Positions 8,848-18,279 of a DNA stretch of 64,000 nt are shown here, piece after piece. The notes beneath the pieces are model-generated. The model did not search any database. It was not told where the DNA came from and was given only the letters and a program-made list of their open reading frames with translations. A program made the position numbers and the translations under genes. Numbering within the stretch: the first letter of the stretch is position 1; the number at the start of each line of letters is the position of its first letter. Source of the stretch: Thermodesulfobacteriota bacterium (GTDB lineage: Bacteria; Desulfobacterota; Desulfobulbia; Desulfobulbales; JAGXFP01). The stretch spans positions 5,693-69,692 of the forward strand of contig JBDLJC010000004.1 of the NCBI GenBank assembly GCA_039714535.1. Direction: 5' to 3'.

Positions 8848-8893
8848 TGGTGCACCCGACAGGATTCGAACCTGTGGCCTACGGATTAGAAGT
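8848..8893 (-). other. 3' half of tRNA-Arg(TCT): att-site duplication, not an intact tRNA
   Basis: Minus strand ACTTCTAATCCGTAGGCCACAGGTTCGAATCCTGTCGGGTGCACCA contains the anticodon loop, T arm and CCA; the D arm and 5' acceptor strand are absent. Confidence 0.85.
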
Positions 8894-9227
8894 ACTTTGC
8901 AATTTTTCCCCATTACTGCCGAAAAGCCAGTTGGTTAAACAGTTTACAGGCAACCTCCACAACGCATTTCAAATCGGTAGTTACGACTATTAGATCTTTA
9001 TTGTGCTGTAATTATCACTACTTACAAAGCAGACCAACCGACCGGAGCACGACCTGAGAATTTTTTTCAGGTCGTGTTTCTGACTTAATATTTGGATTCA
9101 TAAATCCAGACTGTTCACCATTAACCAATCTGGGTTTATGCCTTCTTGGCAGAAGGCTATTTTTGTTGAAAGGCATCATTAATGTAGATCACGCTCTTGC
9201 TAAAACGTTGCAGATCTGCCCCCCTAA

Positions 9228-10883
9228 TTATGAATCAAGCTCTTGGGGATCCGCTAAAGACAATAATGCCGTCCGCAGATTGACTTTTTTATTTGCTATA
9301 CCGCTTTTCTTCCTGATGTGCTTCCGATGATTGCTGATCGTTTCCAGCGAAAGATTCATGCTCTCGGCGATATCTTTAGAGGTCATCCCGTCCTTGATCA
9401 TATTGGCCACCCGAATCTCAGTCGGAGTGTAGTTAAACTGATGAAGCGAGAGGCGATGCAAAAACGGGGACATAATATTGTTAAGATTTGTTTCAATGGT
9501 GCCCAGGTAGACCTCCTGCTCGCTAGTCATTTTACTTTTTTTCAGCTTCTCCAGATGGGGAGCAATAAGCATCTTGACATTGGCGAGCATCTGCTCTTCA
9601 AGCTCCTTTTTGTCCTGCGTCCTCTTTCTCAAGAGGACCGTCAGAGCAACATTGACCTGTTCGAGATTTTCGGTTTTCAGAGCCAGCTGTTGAGTGCGGC
9701 TTTCAACCAACTCCTCCATGTGTTCCGCAGCCGCAAGCAAACGCAGCTCTGCCTCCTTCTGCTTCGTTATATCGGTGTGGGTCCCCATAAAACGGAGAGG
9801 ATCTCCGTGTTCGTCTCTCTCCACCACCTGCCCCCTGGCCAGGATCCAACGCCACTCCCCCTCTTTGGTCCGCAGCCGGAACTCTGCTATATATCGCTTT
9901 GTCTCGCCCTGAAAATGTTCTTTAATCTGGGCCAGCGTCCTTTCTCGGTCTTCCGGATGCAGAAGATCTATAAATTTGATATTTTCCTGTTTCAGTTCGT
10001 CAAGGGTGTATCCCACAAGCCTGGCCCAGTTTTCACCGTAGACGGATTCCCCGGTCACCACATTGCGGTCCCACACCCCATCCGATGAGATATCCATGGC
10101 CAGATGCAGCCGCTCCTCACTCTTCTGCAAATGCTGCATAACCGCGTTGTATTCCGTCAGGTCTCTCATGGAGAGGACAACGGCTGAGACCCTGCCATCG
10201 GATTCAACAACCGGCGAGTACGAAAAGTGGTAAAATCGGGAGCCACCATCCTGTCTGGCAAATGAATCCTGATGCTGGCTTTTGGCGCCGCTGAAACAAT
10301 CAGTAAACGCCTTTTTCATTGTCCGATTATACAGATCCTTTCCGAAGATGTCGGAAAGCGACACGCTATGGATTTCCCCCGGATCGCACTGCATTACGCG
10401 TTCAAAGGAGCCGTTGATAAACAAAATTTTGCGCCCGGGACTGATTAAGGATACCAGATCGGTGCTCACGGCCAAGACCTCTTCCTGTACCCGCAATAAT
10501 CGCTCATGCCTTTTTTTCTCGAAACAATTGCCGATTCGAACCAAAAGTTTTTTGCTGTCAAACGGTTTCAAAAGATAATCGTCGGCACCGTGCCGTAATG
10601 CTTCAATATAGGTCAACACATCGGCATGACCGGTAATAATGATCACACCGACATGAGGCTGTTCGGCCTTAAACCTATTGAGAAGTTCAAGACCATCAAT
10701 ATCAGGAAGAACCATATCCAGGATGATAATACCAAAATATTGCTCCCGGAATTTCGCGAGCGCCTCCTCGCCATCCGCCGCCATTGTAACCGCATACCCC
10801 TCTGGCTCTATAATCTCTTTGAGTCCTTTGCGGATCACCTCATCATCATCAACCAATAAAACCAGATTATTATTCCTCATCAT
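9228..10883 (-). CDS. Response regulator REC-PAS-PAS-LuxR HTH
   Basis: LLVDDD..D..LPDIDG..IIITG..YLLKP receiver; PAS (LHPEDRER, WRWILARG, GTHTDIT); LuxR HTH (TPTEIRVA..TSKDIA..HRKHIRKK). Start moved to the ATGs after AGGAGG. Confidence 0.9.
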   Translation of the reverse strand: MMRNNNLVLLVDDDEVIRKGLKEIIEPEGYAVTMAADGEEALAKFREQYFGIIILDMVLPDIDGLELLNRFKAEQPHVGVIIITGHADVLTYIEALRHGADDYLLKPFDSKKLLVRIGNCFEKKRHERLLRVQEEVLAVSTDLVSLISPGRKILFINGSFERVMQCDPGEIHSVSLSDIFGKDLYNRTMKKAFTDCFSGAKSQHQDSFARQDGGSRFYHFSYSPVVESDGRVSAVVLSMRDLTEYNAVMQHLQKSEERLHLAMDISSDGVWDRNVVTGESVYGENWARLVGYTLDELKQENIKFIDLLHPEDRERTLAQIKEHFQGETKRYIAEFRLRTKEGEWRWILARGQVVERDEHGDPLRFMGTHTDITKQKEAELRLLAAAEHMEELVESRTQQLALKTENLEQVNVALTVLLRKRTQDKKELEEQMLANVKMLIAPHLEKLKKSKMTSEQEVYLGTIETNLNNIMSPFLHRLSLHQFNYTPTEIRVANMIKDGMTSKDIAESMNLSLETISNHRKHIRKKSGIANKKVNLRTALLSLADPQELDS

Positions 10884-11548
10884 TCCTCCTCGACTCTCTT
10901 CTCCCTGCACAAAAAACAAACTGCAGAAATCTATATATCGAAGTTTTAAAACTCATACCGCTTGGATAATTTTTTCGCCCACCCTGCCCTTTATATCTTA
11001 TAGGGCTCTAGCTCGGGAATAACATTGCCGACGGCTGGTAATCAATTCGGCGGACAGGAACATTCTGTCTTCTGTGTCTCAGGTGTCGGTTATCACTCAC
11101 AATATCAGAAGCATTAGCTCTTTATCCAGTCTTACTTCAAAAAAAATTGCCGGATGCGAAAATTAAGAGACCAGTTTTGGATCGGTATAGTCAATTTCTT
11201 GTTGGCATTCTTTATACCAAAATAGGGCAGTTTGAACAGGCTACTCCGATTGGGGGAAGTGTTTGGAATTGGTCAGTTTCCATGCCGCTTAATGACCATT
11301 AATCCCCCCTTGTGCCAGAAATCTGCAACTATTATATAAAGTGCGTAAGCGAGTACGTACTGGTTCAAAAGAGGTCGCCGCTTCACAACCGCAGCCCTGA
11401 AGCAGAGCAAATTTCAACCTCTATTATCATAAGCACGAAGCACTATGCTGATTCAGTATCTGTTTTTTTAAGGAAACAACAATCCCAGCCGGAAAAGCAG
11501 TTCTTCCGTTCACGCAGACACATAACCACCACCGGAGGAAAAGACAAT

Positions 11549-12118
11549 ATGACAACCACCATCAGGCATTGTCGCAAACAGAGACGAAAGCCATCATCCA
11601 CCCAACAGCCGAGAACCCGCGAAAACGGAAGATCAAAAAGAGTCATTTTCGACCTCTGGGAGTTGATTGCCAAGTTCGAGAAGAGAATCAGTATTCGTGC
11701 TTTGCAAAACGGCTTTTTCTACGATGTCTCAATGGACCAGGCTTCCCCTCGTTTTTGCTGGGGACATCCGAGAATTCTCAGTGACATGATTGGTGCTTTG
11801 GCTGACCACCTTTTTCTTCATATCCTAAAAGGAAGCCTTGTTGTTATCCAGTTGCAAACGGTCCCCTTGGATAAACCAGGGAAATTCATCTTGAAATTTC
11901 TGATTATGGACAATAGCCTTCACCTTTCCAGTGAATCACTGGAGCCTATTTTTAGCCGATTTACGAAAACAGTCCTCTCTATATCCAATGACCCCACACA
12001 GGGAAGACACTGGGTCTGTCGGCTGGCCCCTCCACTGGTCGGCAAATTGTCCATTCAGAACTTCCCTGGTTGGGGGAACAGGTACACAATAGAAACAGAA
12101 CTGACCACCGCCAAATAG
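11549..12118 (+). CDS. Stand-alone degenerate HATPase_c-like domain protein
   Basis: RBS GGAGG; spacing of GHPRILSDMIGAL, LKFLIMDNS, IFSRFTK, GKLSIQNFPGWGNRYTIE follows the kinase N/G1/F/G3 boxes, but key residues are replaced. Confidence 0.55.
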   Translation: MTTTIRHCRKQRRKPSSTQQPRTRENGRSKRVIFDLWELIAKFEKRISIRALQNGFFYDVSMDQASPRFCWGHPRILSDMIGALADHLFLHILKGSLVVIQLQTVPLDKPGKFILKFLIMDNSLHLSSESLEPIFSRFTKTVLSISNDPTQGRHWVCRLAPPLVGKLSIQNFPGWGNRYTIETELTTAK

Positions 12119-12380
12119 TTCGCCTGGGATTAAAAAAAAGGTGCGCCCCTACCTGCTACCGGAAAGAAAAACTCCCAATTGTGTGGAATACTCCTGTTGC
12201 AGAAAAGAAGATTATTTTATACGAAAAGGGCCCCACACAAAGAGAGGTTCCCAAACGAATTGAGCCGAAAACCAACACATGAGAAGAACCATGGCTGAAA
12301 AACAACCAGAGATCGGCGAAAACCACCTCGTATGACTATTGACAGGGGGATGCAGAAAAATGAATGAAGCACAGTAGAAC

Positions 12381-12428
12381 AAAAAGAAAACGGCCTGTCC
12401 GCAAAGAGTTGCTCACAGACAGGCCGTT
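12381..12428 (-). terminator. Rho-independent terminator of adhesin gene
   Basis: aacggcctgtc / gacaggccgtt stem followed on the minus strand by TTTTCTTTTT. Confidence 0.75.
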
Positions 12429-12490
12429 CCTGAAGAGGGAATATCTCCCCGGGTCAGGTTCCAGAAGATTATCCCTCAAGAGCGTAGAAA

Positions 12491-15319
12491 TTAGAAATTT
12501 CTAAAGTATTTGTCCCAAATATTGGAGTCTACTTTTGTTACACATGTGTCCCCACTCAGATCTGCACTTTCAAGATAACCCGTTTCACCAACACAGGTGC
12601 CTAAGGCACTTTCCAGAATTGCCAGGTCCTGCAAATCGAGGTCACCGTCCCCATCCAGATCGCCGACAATAGACGGTTGCAGGGGTAAAACCTCAACAAT
12701 GCAGCTGTCCGTATGCTGCAGACCGCTGAAGTCCGTAATTATCAGTTCAAATACAAGAGTCGCCGACTCCAAGATATCAGCAGGGGTTTCGAACTCGGGC
12801 AGCAGAGTTGTTGGATCGGAGAGTGTTACCGGCATACCCGTTTTCTGTGACCACTGGATCGTGGCAATGCCGTCATCCTCATCATAAGAGAGAGAACCAT
12901 CCAGAGTCACGATATCCCCGACAAGAACGCTCTGGTCCACTCCCGCATCCGCCACTGGAGGTGTGTTCACCCAGGAAACATTGATAATAACAGTGTCCTT
13001 GGTATAGAGCCCACCAAAATCAGTGACCGTCACTTCATAGGTCATGCTTGCTCCTGCCAGGCCGACATCCGGAGCGCTAAAACTCGGCTTCATAGCTGTG
13101 CTATCGGAAAGCCTCATTTCAGGACCGGAAAGCTGGATCCATGAGTAGGAAGCAATTCCGTTATCACTATCCGTTGATCCGGAGGCGTCCAGAGTGACCA
13201 GGTCACCCTCGAAGGCTGTCTGGTCATCACCGGCAACGGCAACCGGGGGCTCGTTCACCCAGACAACGTTGACACTGGAAACATCGGTTGCTTCAAGACC
13301 TTTGGCGTCAGTCACCGTAAGCTGGAAAGTCAGAGTCACACTGTCCATTCCAATATCAATGGCTGCAAACTGGGGATGAATGGCAGCAGGATCAGAGAGG
13401 CTGACGATAGGCCCGTCCAGCTGAGTCCATAAAACGGTCAATAACTCATCGTCAACATCATAGGAGTTTGTCGCATCAAGGGCGACGGTCTCCCCTTCGT
13501 TTACAACCTGATCAGGGCCGGCATTGGCGACGGGAGGATCATTGACCGGTAGGACAGTGATGGTTACGACCGCACTGTTTGAAACATCTTTGCCATCGCT
13601 AACGGAATAGAGGAAAGAATCTTGCCCGGTCACATCAGGATCAGGCATGTAGCGGAATTCACCAGTGGTCATATTAAGCAGTTCCACCAGTCCAGCAGCA
13701 GGCGCGCTCAGAATTGTGTAAGTCAAGGTATCGCCGTCGGCATCAATTCCGGCAAGGGTGTCATTGACCGTGCCATCTTCTCCAACCGAGGTCTCGATAG
13801 CGGAAGCAAACGGCGCCTGATTGATGATGACGACGGGATCCGTCGCAGAACTGGTTGTTGTGCTGTCAGGTTCCGTTGCGACTGGATCGGTAACTACAGA
13901 TTCTGTCGCGGCTGGGTCGGTAACTACAGGTTCTGTCGCGGCTGGGTCGGCAACTACAGGTTCTGTTGCAGAAGTATAAACCGCTGTGACCATGAACCCA
14001 TTTTCCCCTTCGGCCAAGGCCACGGGGCAGGTGATCTCACGCGCAGTGGGGTCAAAAGTTTCACAGAGAGCCACACCATTATGAGAAACCTTGAAAGAGG
14101 CAACTAGCTCTTCCGACACAGGTGCGGACCATGACAGGGTGATATTTTTGACCGTATTGGTCACCTGCGGAATGACATCAACCACACAGCTGTCCGTATG
14201 CTGCAGACCAGCCAGATCTGTAACAGTCAGCTCAAAAGTCAGGTTCAGGGCGGCTGTCATATCGACAGGCACAGTAAATGAAGGCTGCATGGTGGCCGGG
14301 TCGGAGAGATTGACCTGGGTTCCTGCCGTCTGAACCCACAGGACAGAGGCAATACCATCATCCGTATCATAGGACCCGCTTCCATCAAGAGTAACCGTGG
14401 CCCCGGCAAAGATGCTCTGGTCTGCTCCCGCGTCAGCCGTGGGCGCAATGTTCATCCACAGGACGTTGATGGCCACCGTGTCCCGGGCCTGCAGACCTCC
14501 TTGGTCAGTCACAGTCAGTTCATAGGTAAGGACAGCACCGTCTACTCCCACATCCGGGGTCATTACGGTCGGCTGCACGGTGCCGCTGTCGGAAAGGACT
14601 GCGGTTGGGCCGCTTAACTGGGTCCAGGAGTACGATACAATACCATCATCAATATCAGCTGACCCAGCTGCATTCAGGACGGTGTTTTGACCTTCGGAGA
14701 TCGACTGGTCCGGCCCTGCATCGGCGGCAGGAGGGTCGTTAACAGGCTTGATGGTTATACTGACTGCGGCGGAGGCGGAATCCACGCTCCCGTCATTTGC
14801 CAGGTAAGTAAACGCGTCCGTGCCCGAAACATCCTTATCGGGCGTATAATGATACTCCCCGCTCAGAGGATCGGTTAACACGAGCACCCCGGACGTTGGA
14901 CCGGTCACGATCACATAATTCAATGGATCATTTTCCGGGTCACTTGCACTGAGGAAAGAAGCGACCGTTCCGTCCTCGTCCAGGGTCACTGCCAAGTCCT
15001 GGGCGGCAGGTGGGGTATTGACGGGGGAGGGGATCACTTCTCCGCCACCCTCATAAACAGCGGCCACCGTAAAGACGCTGTTTCCCTCAAGCATTGCCGG
15101 GCAGGTTATCGCCCGGGCAGCAGGATCAAGCGTTTCACAGAGCAGTAAACCGTCCTGATACAGCTGATAGGCCGAGACAGGATCTCCCGAAGAGGGATGG
15201 TCCCAGCTAATGGTTACGTTTTGGGCGGCCCCAGCTGAGCCTACAAGACCAAGCAGGGCGATAAGCAGAAAGAAGATGAGTGTTTTGGGTGAACGGTGAG
15301 AAAAAATTGTACCTGACAT
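12491..15319 (-). CDS. Secreted multi-domain surface protein/adhesin: FN3-like, cadherin-like Ig (Big_9), PKD/K319-like repeats, C-terminal dockerin-like domain
   Basis: Signal peptide (..SAGA|AQ); VNDPP.AdAG.DQ...G..V.LDas.S.D.D repeats x5; ED...D.e.D.L.Y Ig modules x2; GDLDGDGDLDLQD..ADLSGD..V...D tail; RBS GGAGG before ATG at 15319. Confidence 0.85.
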   Translation of the reverse strand: MSGTIFSHRSPKTLIFFLLIALLGLVGSAGAAQNVTISWDHPSSGDPVSAYQLYQDGLLLCETLDPAARAITCPAMLEGNSVFTVAAVYEGGGEVIPSPVNTPPAAQDLAVTLDEDGTVASFLSASDPENDPLNYVIVTGPTSGVLVLTDPLSGEYHYTPDKDVSGTDAFTYLANDGSVDSASAAVSITIKPVNDPPAADAGPDQSISEGQNTVLNAAGSADIDDGIVSYSWTQLSGPTAVLSDSGTVQPTVMTPDVGVDGAVLTYELTVTDQGGLQARDTVAINVLWMNIAPTADAGADQSIFAGATVTLDGSGSYDTDDGIASVLWVQTAGTQVNLSDPATMQPSFTVPVDMTAALNLTFELTVTDLAGLQHTDSCVVDVIPQVTNTVKNITLSWSAPVSEELVASFKVSHNGVALCETFDPTAREITCPVALAEGENGFMVTAVYTSATEPVVADPAATEPVVTDPAATESVVTDPVATEPDSTTTSSATDPVVIINQAPFASAIETSVGEDGTVNDTLAGIDADGDTLTYTILSAPAAGLVELLNMTTGEFRYMPDPDVTGQDSFLYSVSDGKDVSNSAVVTITVLPVNDPPVANAGPDQVVNEGETVALDATNSYDVDDELLTVLWTQLDGPIVSLSDPAAIHPQFAAIDIGMDSVTLTFQLTVTDAKGLEATDVSSVNVVWVNEPPVAVAGDDQTAFEGDLVTLDASGSTDSDNGIASYSWIQLSGPEMRLSDSTAMKPSFSAPDVGLAGASMTYEVTVTDFGGLYTKDTVIINVSWVNTPPVADAGVDQSVLVGDIVTLDGSLSYDEDDGIATIQWSQKTGMPVTLSDPTTLLPEFETPADILESATLVFELIITDFSGLQHTDSCIVEVLPLQPSIVGDLDGDGDLDLQDLAILESALGTCVGETGYLESADLSGDTCVTKVDSNIWDKYFRNF
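13869..13970 (-). repeat. 30-bp coding tandem repeat (about 3.5 copies, ATEPVVxDPA linker)
   Basis: Repeated unit taactacaggttctgtcgcggctgggtcgg, in frame within the adhesin. Confidence 0.9.
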
Positions 15320-15370
15320 GTCGGAACCTCCGGACAAAAAATTGAACAATACCGAAGGCTGAAATAACCA

Positions 15371-15462
15371 TTCGGCAACCCCGCCACCGTATCTCCTCAC
15401 CAGGAGACTTAGGCCGGTAGTTTTGCGTCCTCACTTTTCAGTTGAGTTTGCCTTTATCTTTG
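15371..15462 (-). ncRNA. c-di-GMP-I (GEMM-I) riboswitch
   Basis: Minus strand AAAGGCAAAC-TCAACT-GAAA-AGTGAG-GACGCAAAAC-TACCGGCCTAA...GGTGGCGGGGTTGCCGAA: the GGCAAAC/GNRA/GACGCAAA/CCTAA/GGGTTRCCG signature, in the adhesin 5' leader. Confidence 0.92.
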
Positions 15463-15507
15463 ACTACCTATTGTCTCTGACTACTTTTACTCTTGACTTC
15501 ATGTCCC

Positions 15508-15522
15508 GCAAAGCACATGCCA
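15508..15522 (-). promoter_or_regulatory. sigma54 (-24/-12) promoter driving riboswitch + adhesin
   Basis: Minus strand TGGCATGTGCTTTGC with exact GG-N10-GC spacing; predicted start near 15496, just before the riboswitch. Confidence 0.7.
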
Positions 15523-16496
15523 AAGCATGGGGAGCGTCTGCCCCCCACACCACTCTCAGGCAATCAAATCCCAGACTCTTTTTTCCTCCTCTATAAAAAA
15601 CTCTTTTTCTGGAAACCGCGAAATTACGGCACCCGGAAAGGCGGGAGCAAGACAAAAAAATCCATCAAAATCCTTACAAGACAAACCTTTCAAAGAAAAA
15701 TTTGATCTCCTAAGCCCCTGTCTCGGAAGACGAGGGAACGCAGAAAAATATTTAAGAGAGGTAGACATAAAAGTGTAAGAAAATTTAGGGGGGGAAATGA
15801 CCAGAAGTATGAGAAAAGTTAAATAATCATCGACTATGGAAGTCTAAAAATATTAAGTATTGCTATGGGCCATCACAAAACCCAACATATTGCGATGGGT
15901 ACACTACTCGAAACAAAAACACTGGTCAAGAAATAAACCAAAAAAACCCCATTTTTTTACCATTTTCTTTTTTAGCCGTTTCTCCGCAGCTAAAAATATT
16001 ACTGCTGGCGGCGGCGCAAACACACCCAGAGCAGCCTTTTCCAACCAATCCCTTAAATCATGCCAGCCATTATATTCAATGGCAGGCCACCGGTAAAAAC
16101 CTGGAAAAACTTCGCCAAGCAAGTGAGCTGGTGTCTGTCCATCAATTATTATTTCAGTTCTTGACGTCGAGAGTGATAAAAAAGCACATTTATAGACAGA
16201 TGCAAACTGAGGACATTTCTTTCTGCGACAGGCGCTCGACTACCAGTCGCCGGTGCACACAACCCAAGCCCACCTGAATCTCCAACTTTCTCCTCCGGTA
16301 TTGGTCATAAACATTAACCATCTCCTAACCTTTTTTTACCTGTTGATAAACTGTATTTTCCCATCCATCATGGATAGAAAGAAGTTCAAAGTACATTTTG
16401 ACAAACTACAAGAGCAAGCCCTCTCTACCCCATTTTCTTGTTAGCGGCGCGGCCTGCATCGAGAATGGGCAAGATATTCATGATAGGAGGAAAAAA

Positions 16497-17222
16497 ATGA
16501 CCGAGTTGCAAATGTACAAAGAGGAGTACATGGAGAGTGAAAAAAAGACCCGAATCCATATTGTCGGCACACTTCAACTCCAGAACGAACTGTTCTCGCA
16601 AGCTCTTGCAAACGCGACGGGACTTCCCTGCACCTGTACGTCCCATGAACACCTGCCTTATCTGGTGGAAGAGACCAGCGTTAATAATTGTGTCATTCTT
16701 TGGGACTGCGTTGACGCGGAACAGGAAACCATATGGAATAAGATCGACTCAGGTCTTCCCCATGATGACTTCCAGTTCGCCCTCTTTAACGTAAGCCCTG
16801 AACAAAAAATTGAAACCCAGGCGGTCAAACGTGGTATCCGGGGAATTTTTTACCGGATGGACTCTCTGTCCGCATACAAGAAAGGAATCCAGGCAATTTT
16901 AAAAGGGCAACTCTGGGTCTCCCGGGGGATTCTGGAGAAATGTCTCGCGGAGACCGGAAAGTTCAACGAGGTGCTGGATGGAAAACAGATTCTGCTGACT
17001 TTCCGGGAGCGAGAGGTCCTCTTCATGATTGCGGCGGGTCTCAGCAAAGATGATATTGCCTACGATCTCGGCATCAGCCCCCATACCGTCAAGACCCACA
17101 CCCACAATATCTACCAGAAAATCAATGTGACAAGCCGCATCAAAGCTGCGCTCTGGGCAACACGGAACCTCAAATACCCGAAAAAGGTATACCTGGAAAC
17201 GAAAGGAAAGGATATTGGCTGA
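16497..17222 (+). CDS. CsgD/VpsT-like LuxR-family regulator
   Basis: Atypical REC domain, GIRGIFY, GIQAILKGQLWVSR, LTFREREVL..IA..L.ISPHTVKTH..NIY.KI HTH; RBS AGGAGG before ATG at 16497. Confidence 0.88.
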   Translation: MTELQMYKEEYMESEKKTRIHIVGTLQLQNELFSQALANATGLPCTCTSHEHLPYLVEETSVNNCVILWDCVDAEQETIWNKIDSGLPHDDFQFALFNVSPEQKIETQAVKRGIRGIFYRMDSLSAYKKGIQAILKGQLWVSRGILEKCLAETGKFNEVLDGKQILLTFREREVLFMIAAGLSKDDIAYDLGISPHTVKTHTHNIYQKINVTSRIKAALWATRNLKYPKKVYLETKGKDIG

Positions 17223-17465
17223 CCGACCTCTCTGCCGGTGACACTCGTAGGATTACACATCTCCGGCAGGGCTATTCTGATCTCTTTTGCATTACTGCCA
17301 ATACGCGGCGGAAAAGCGTAGAACAAAAAGCACAGTCCAACACCAGAAATGTTCTTACACCTTTTGGGGGAAAATAATCTAAGTAGTACACCAAATATAC
17401 AGCTGAATGGCGATTGATATCACTTGTCAGAATTTGATGTGATACAGGTAAAGGAGGAACAGCAA

Positions 17466-18233
17466 ATGACCACCAAACATCATGTCCTCATCATGAAAAG
17501 GGCTCAGGCCTGTGCGACGCTTTTCTTGCGCTTAGCACTACCGCTTACCTTCCTGCTACAGGCAGCCGCATGTGCATCCACCACCGCCGAATATAACGAG
17601 AAGCTGACCTCATCACTCACGGAACAGAGGGTAGTCCTACGACCAGGGGACGAAATAGAACTCAAATTCCCCTACTGGCAAGAACTCAATGACACCCAGG
17701 TTATCAGACCAGACGGTTTTATCACCCTCCAGCTCATTGATTCGGTCCAGACCAGGGGCCTTACTCCTGAGGAACTGGACGAGAAACTGACTAAGCTCTA
17801 TGAATCGAAAATCAAGGACCCGGTCATTTCCGTAGTGGTCCGCTCTCTGGTTGACCAGAGGATCTATGTCGGCGGTGAAGTCAATAAACCCGGCCTCCTG
17901 ACCCTTCAGGGAGAAGTTGATGTCCTCCAGGCAGTAATCAACGCGGGCGGCTTTAAAGAAACGGCCAAAACTGGCCATGTCATCGTCATCCGCAAGGACA
18001 AAGAGGGCAAGGCCATCCCATATGACGCCAATCTCTCCAGGGCCATATACGACGCAGACATGAAAGAGACTTTTCTCCTGCAGCCCAATGACGTGGTTTA
18101 TGTTCCCAAAACCGCTATCGCCAACATGAACAAGTTTGTGCAGCAGTATATCGCTGATCTGTTCCTGTTCAACGGCTGGGGGGTGGGTTTACACTATGAC
18201 CTGGACGACGCCACCAGAATAAACATAAATTGA
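17466..18233 (+). CDS. wza: Polysaccharide export lipoprotein (Wza/OPX, poly_export + SLBB)
   Basis: Lipobox AAAC, LRPGDEI, IRPDGFITL, YVGGEVNKPG, AGGF, LQPNDVVYVP. Confidence 0.9.
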   Translation: MTTKHHVLIMKRAQACATLFLRLALPLTFLLQAAACASTTAEYNEKLTSSLTEQRVVLRPGDEIELKFPYWQELNDTQVIRPDGFITLQLIDSVQTRGLTPEELDEKLTKLYESKIKDPVISVVVRSLVDQRIYVGGEVNKPGLLTLQGEVDVLQAVINAGGFKETAKTGHVIVIRKDKEGKAIPYDANLSRAIYDADMKETFLLQPNDVVYVPKTAIANMNKFVQQYIADLFLFNGWGVGLHYDLDDATRININ

Positions 18234-18279
18234 CAATCGCCGGCAGGCTTTCTTTTAAACTTAGTGCAAGAAAGAGGAA

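Noticed and set aside
8848-8893. Intact tRNA-Arg gene
   Set aside because: The 5' acceptor strand and D arm are missing; similarity stops at the anticodon loop.
9318-10088. Long antisense ORFs (also 879-1598, 24891-25697, 60640-61437)
   Set aside because: Shadow ORFs opposite well-supported genes, with no motifs or RBS.
11312-11548. Upstream extensions in the ORF track (also 15320-15400, 16398-16496, 28114-28299, 56742-56942)
   Set aside because: Better RBS-ATG pairs lie downstream; the 15320-15400 extension overlaps the riboswitch.
13869-13970. CRISPR array
   Set aside because: The repeats are contiguous, in-frame coding units with no unique spacers, and no cas genes are present.
15371-15462. 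cGAMP-sensing GEMM-Ib riboswitch
   Set aside because: The discriminating position is G, not A, which favours c-di-GMP.
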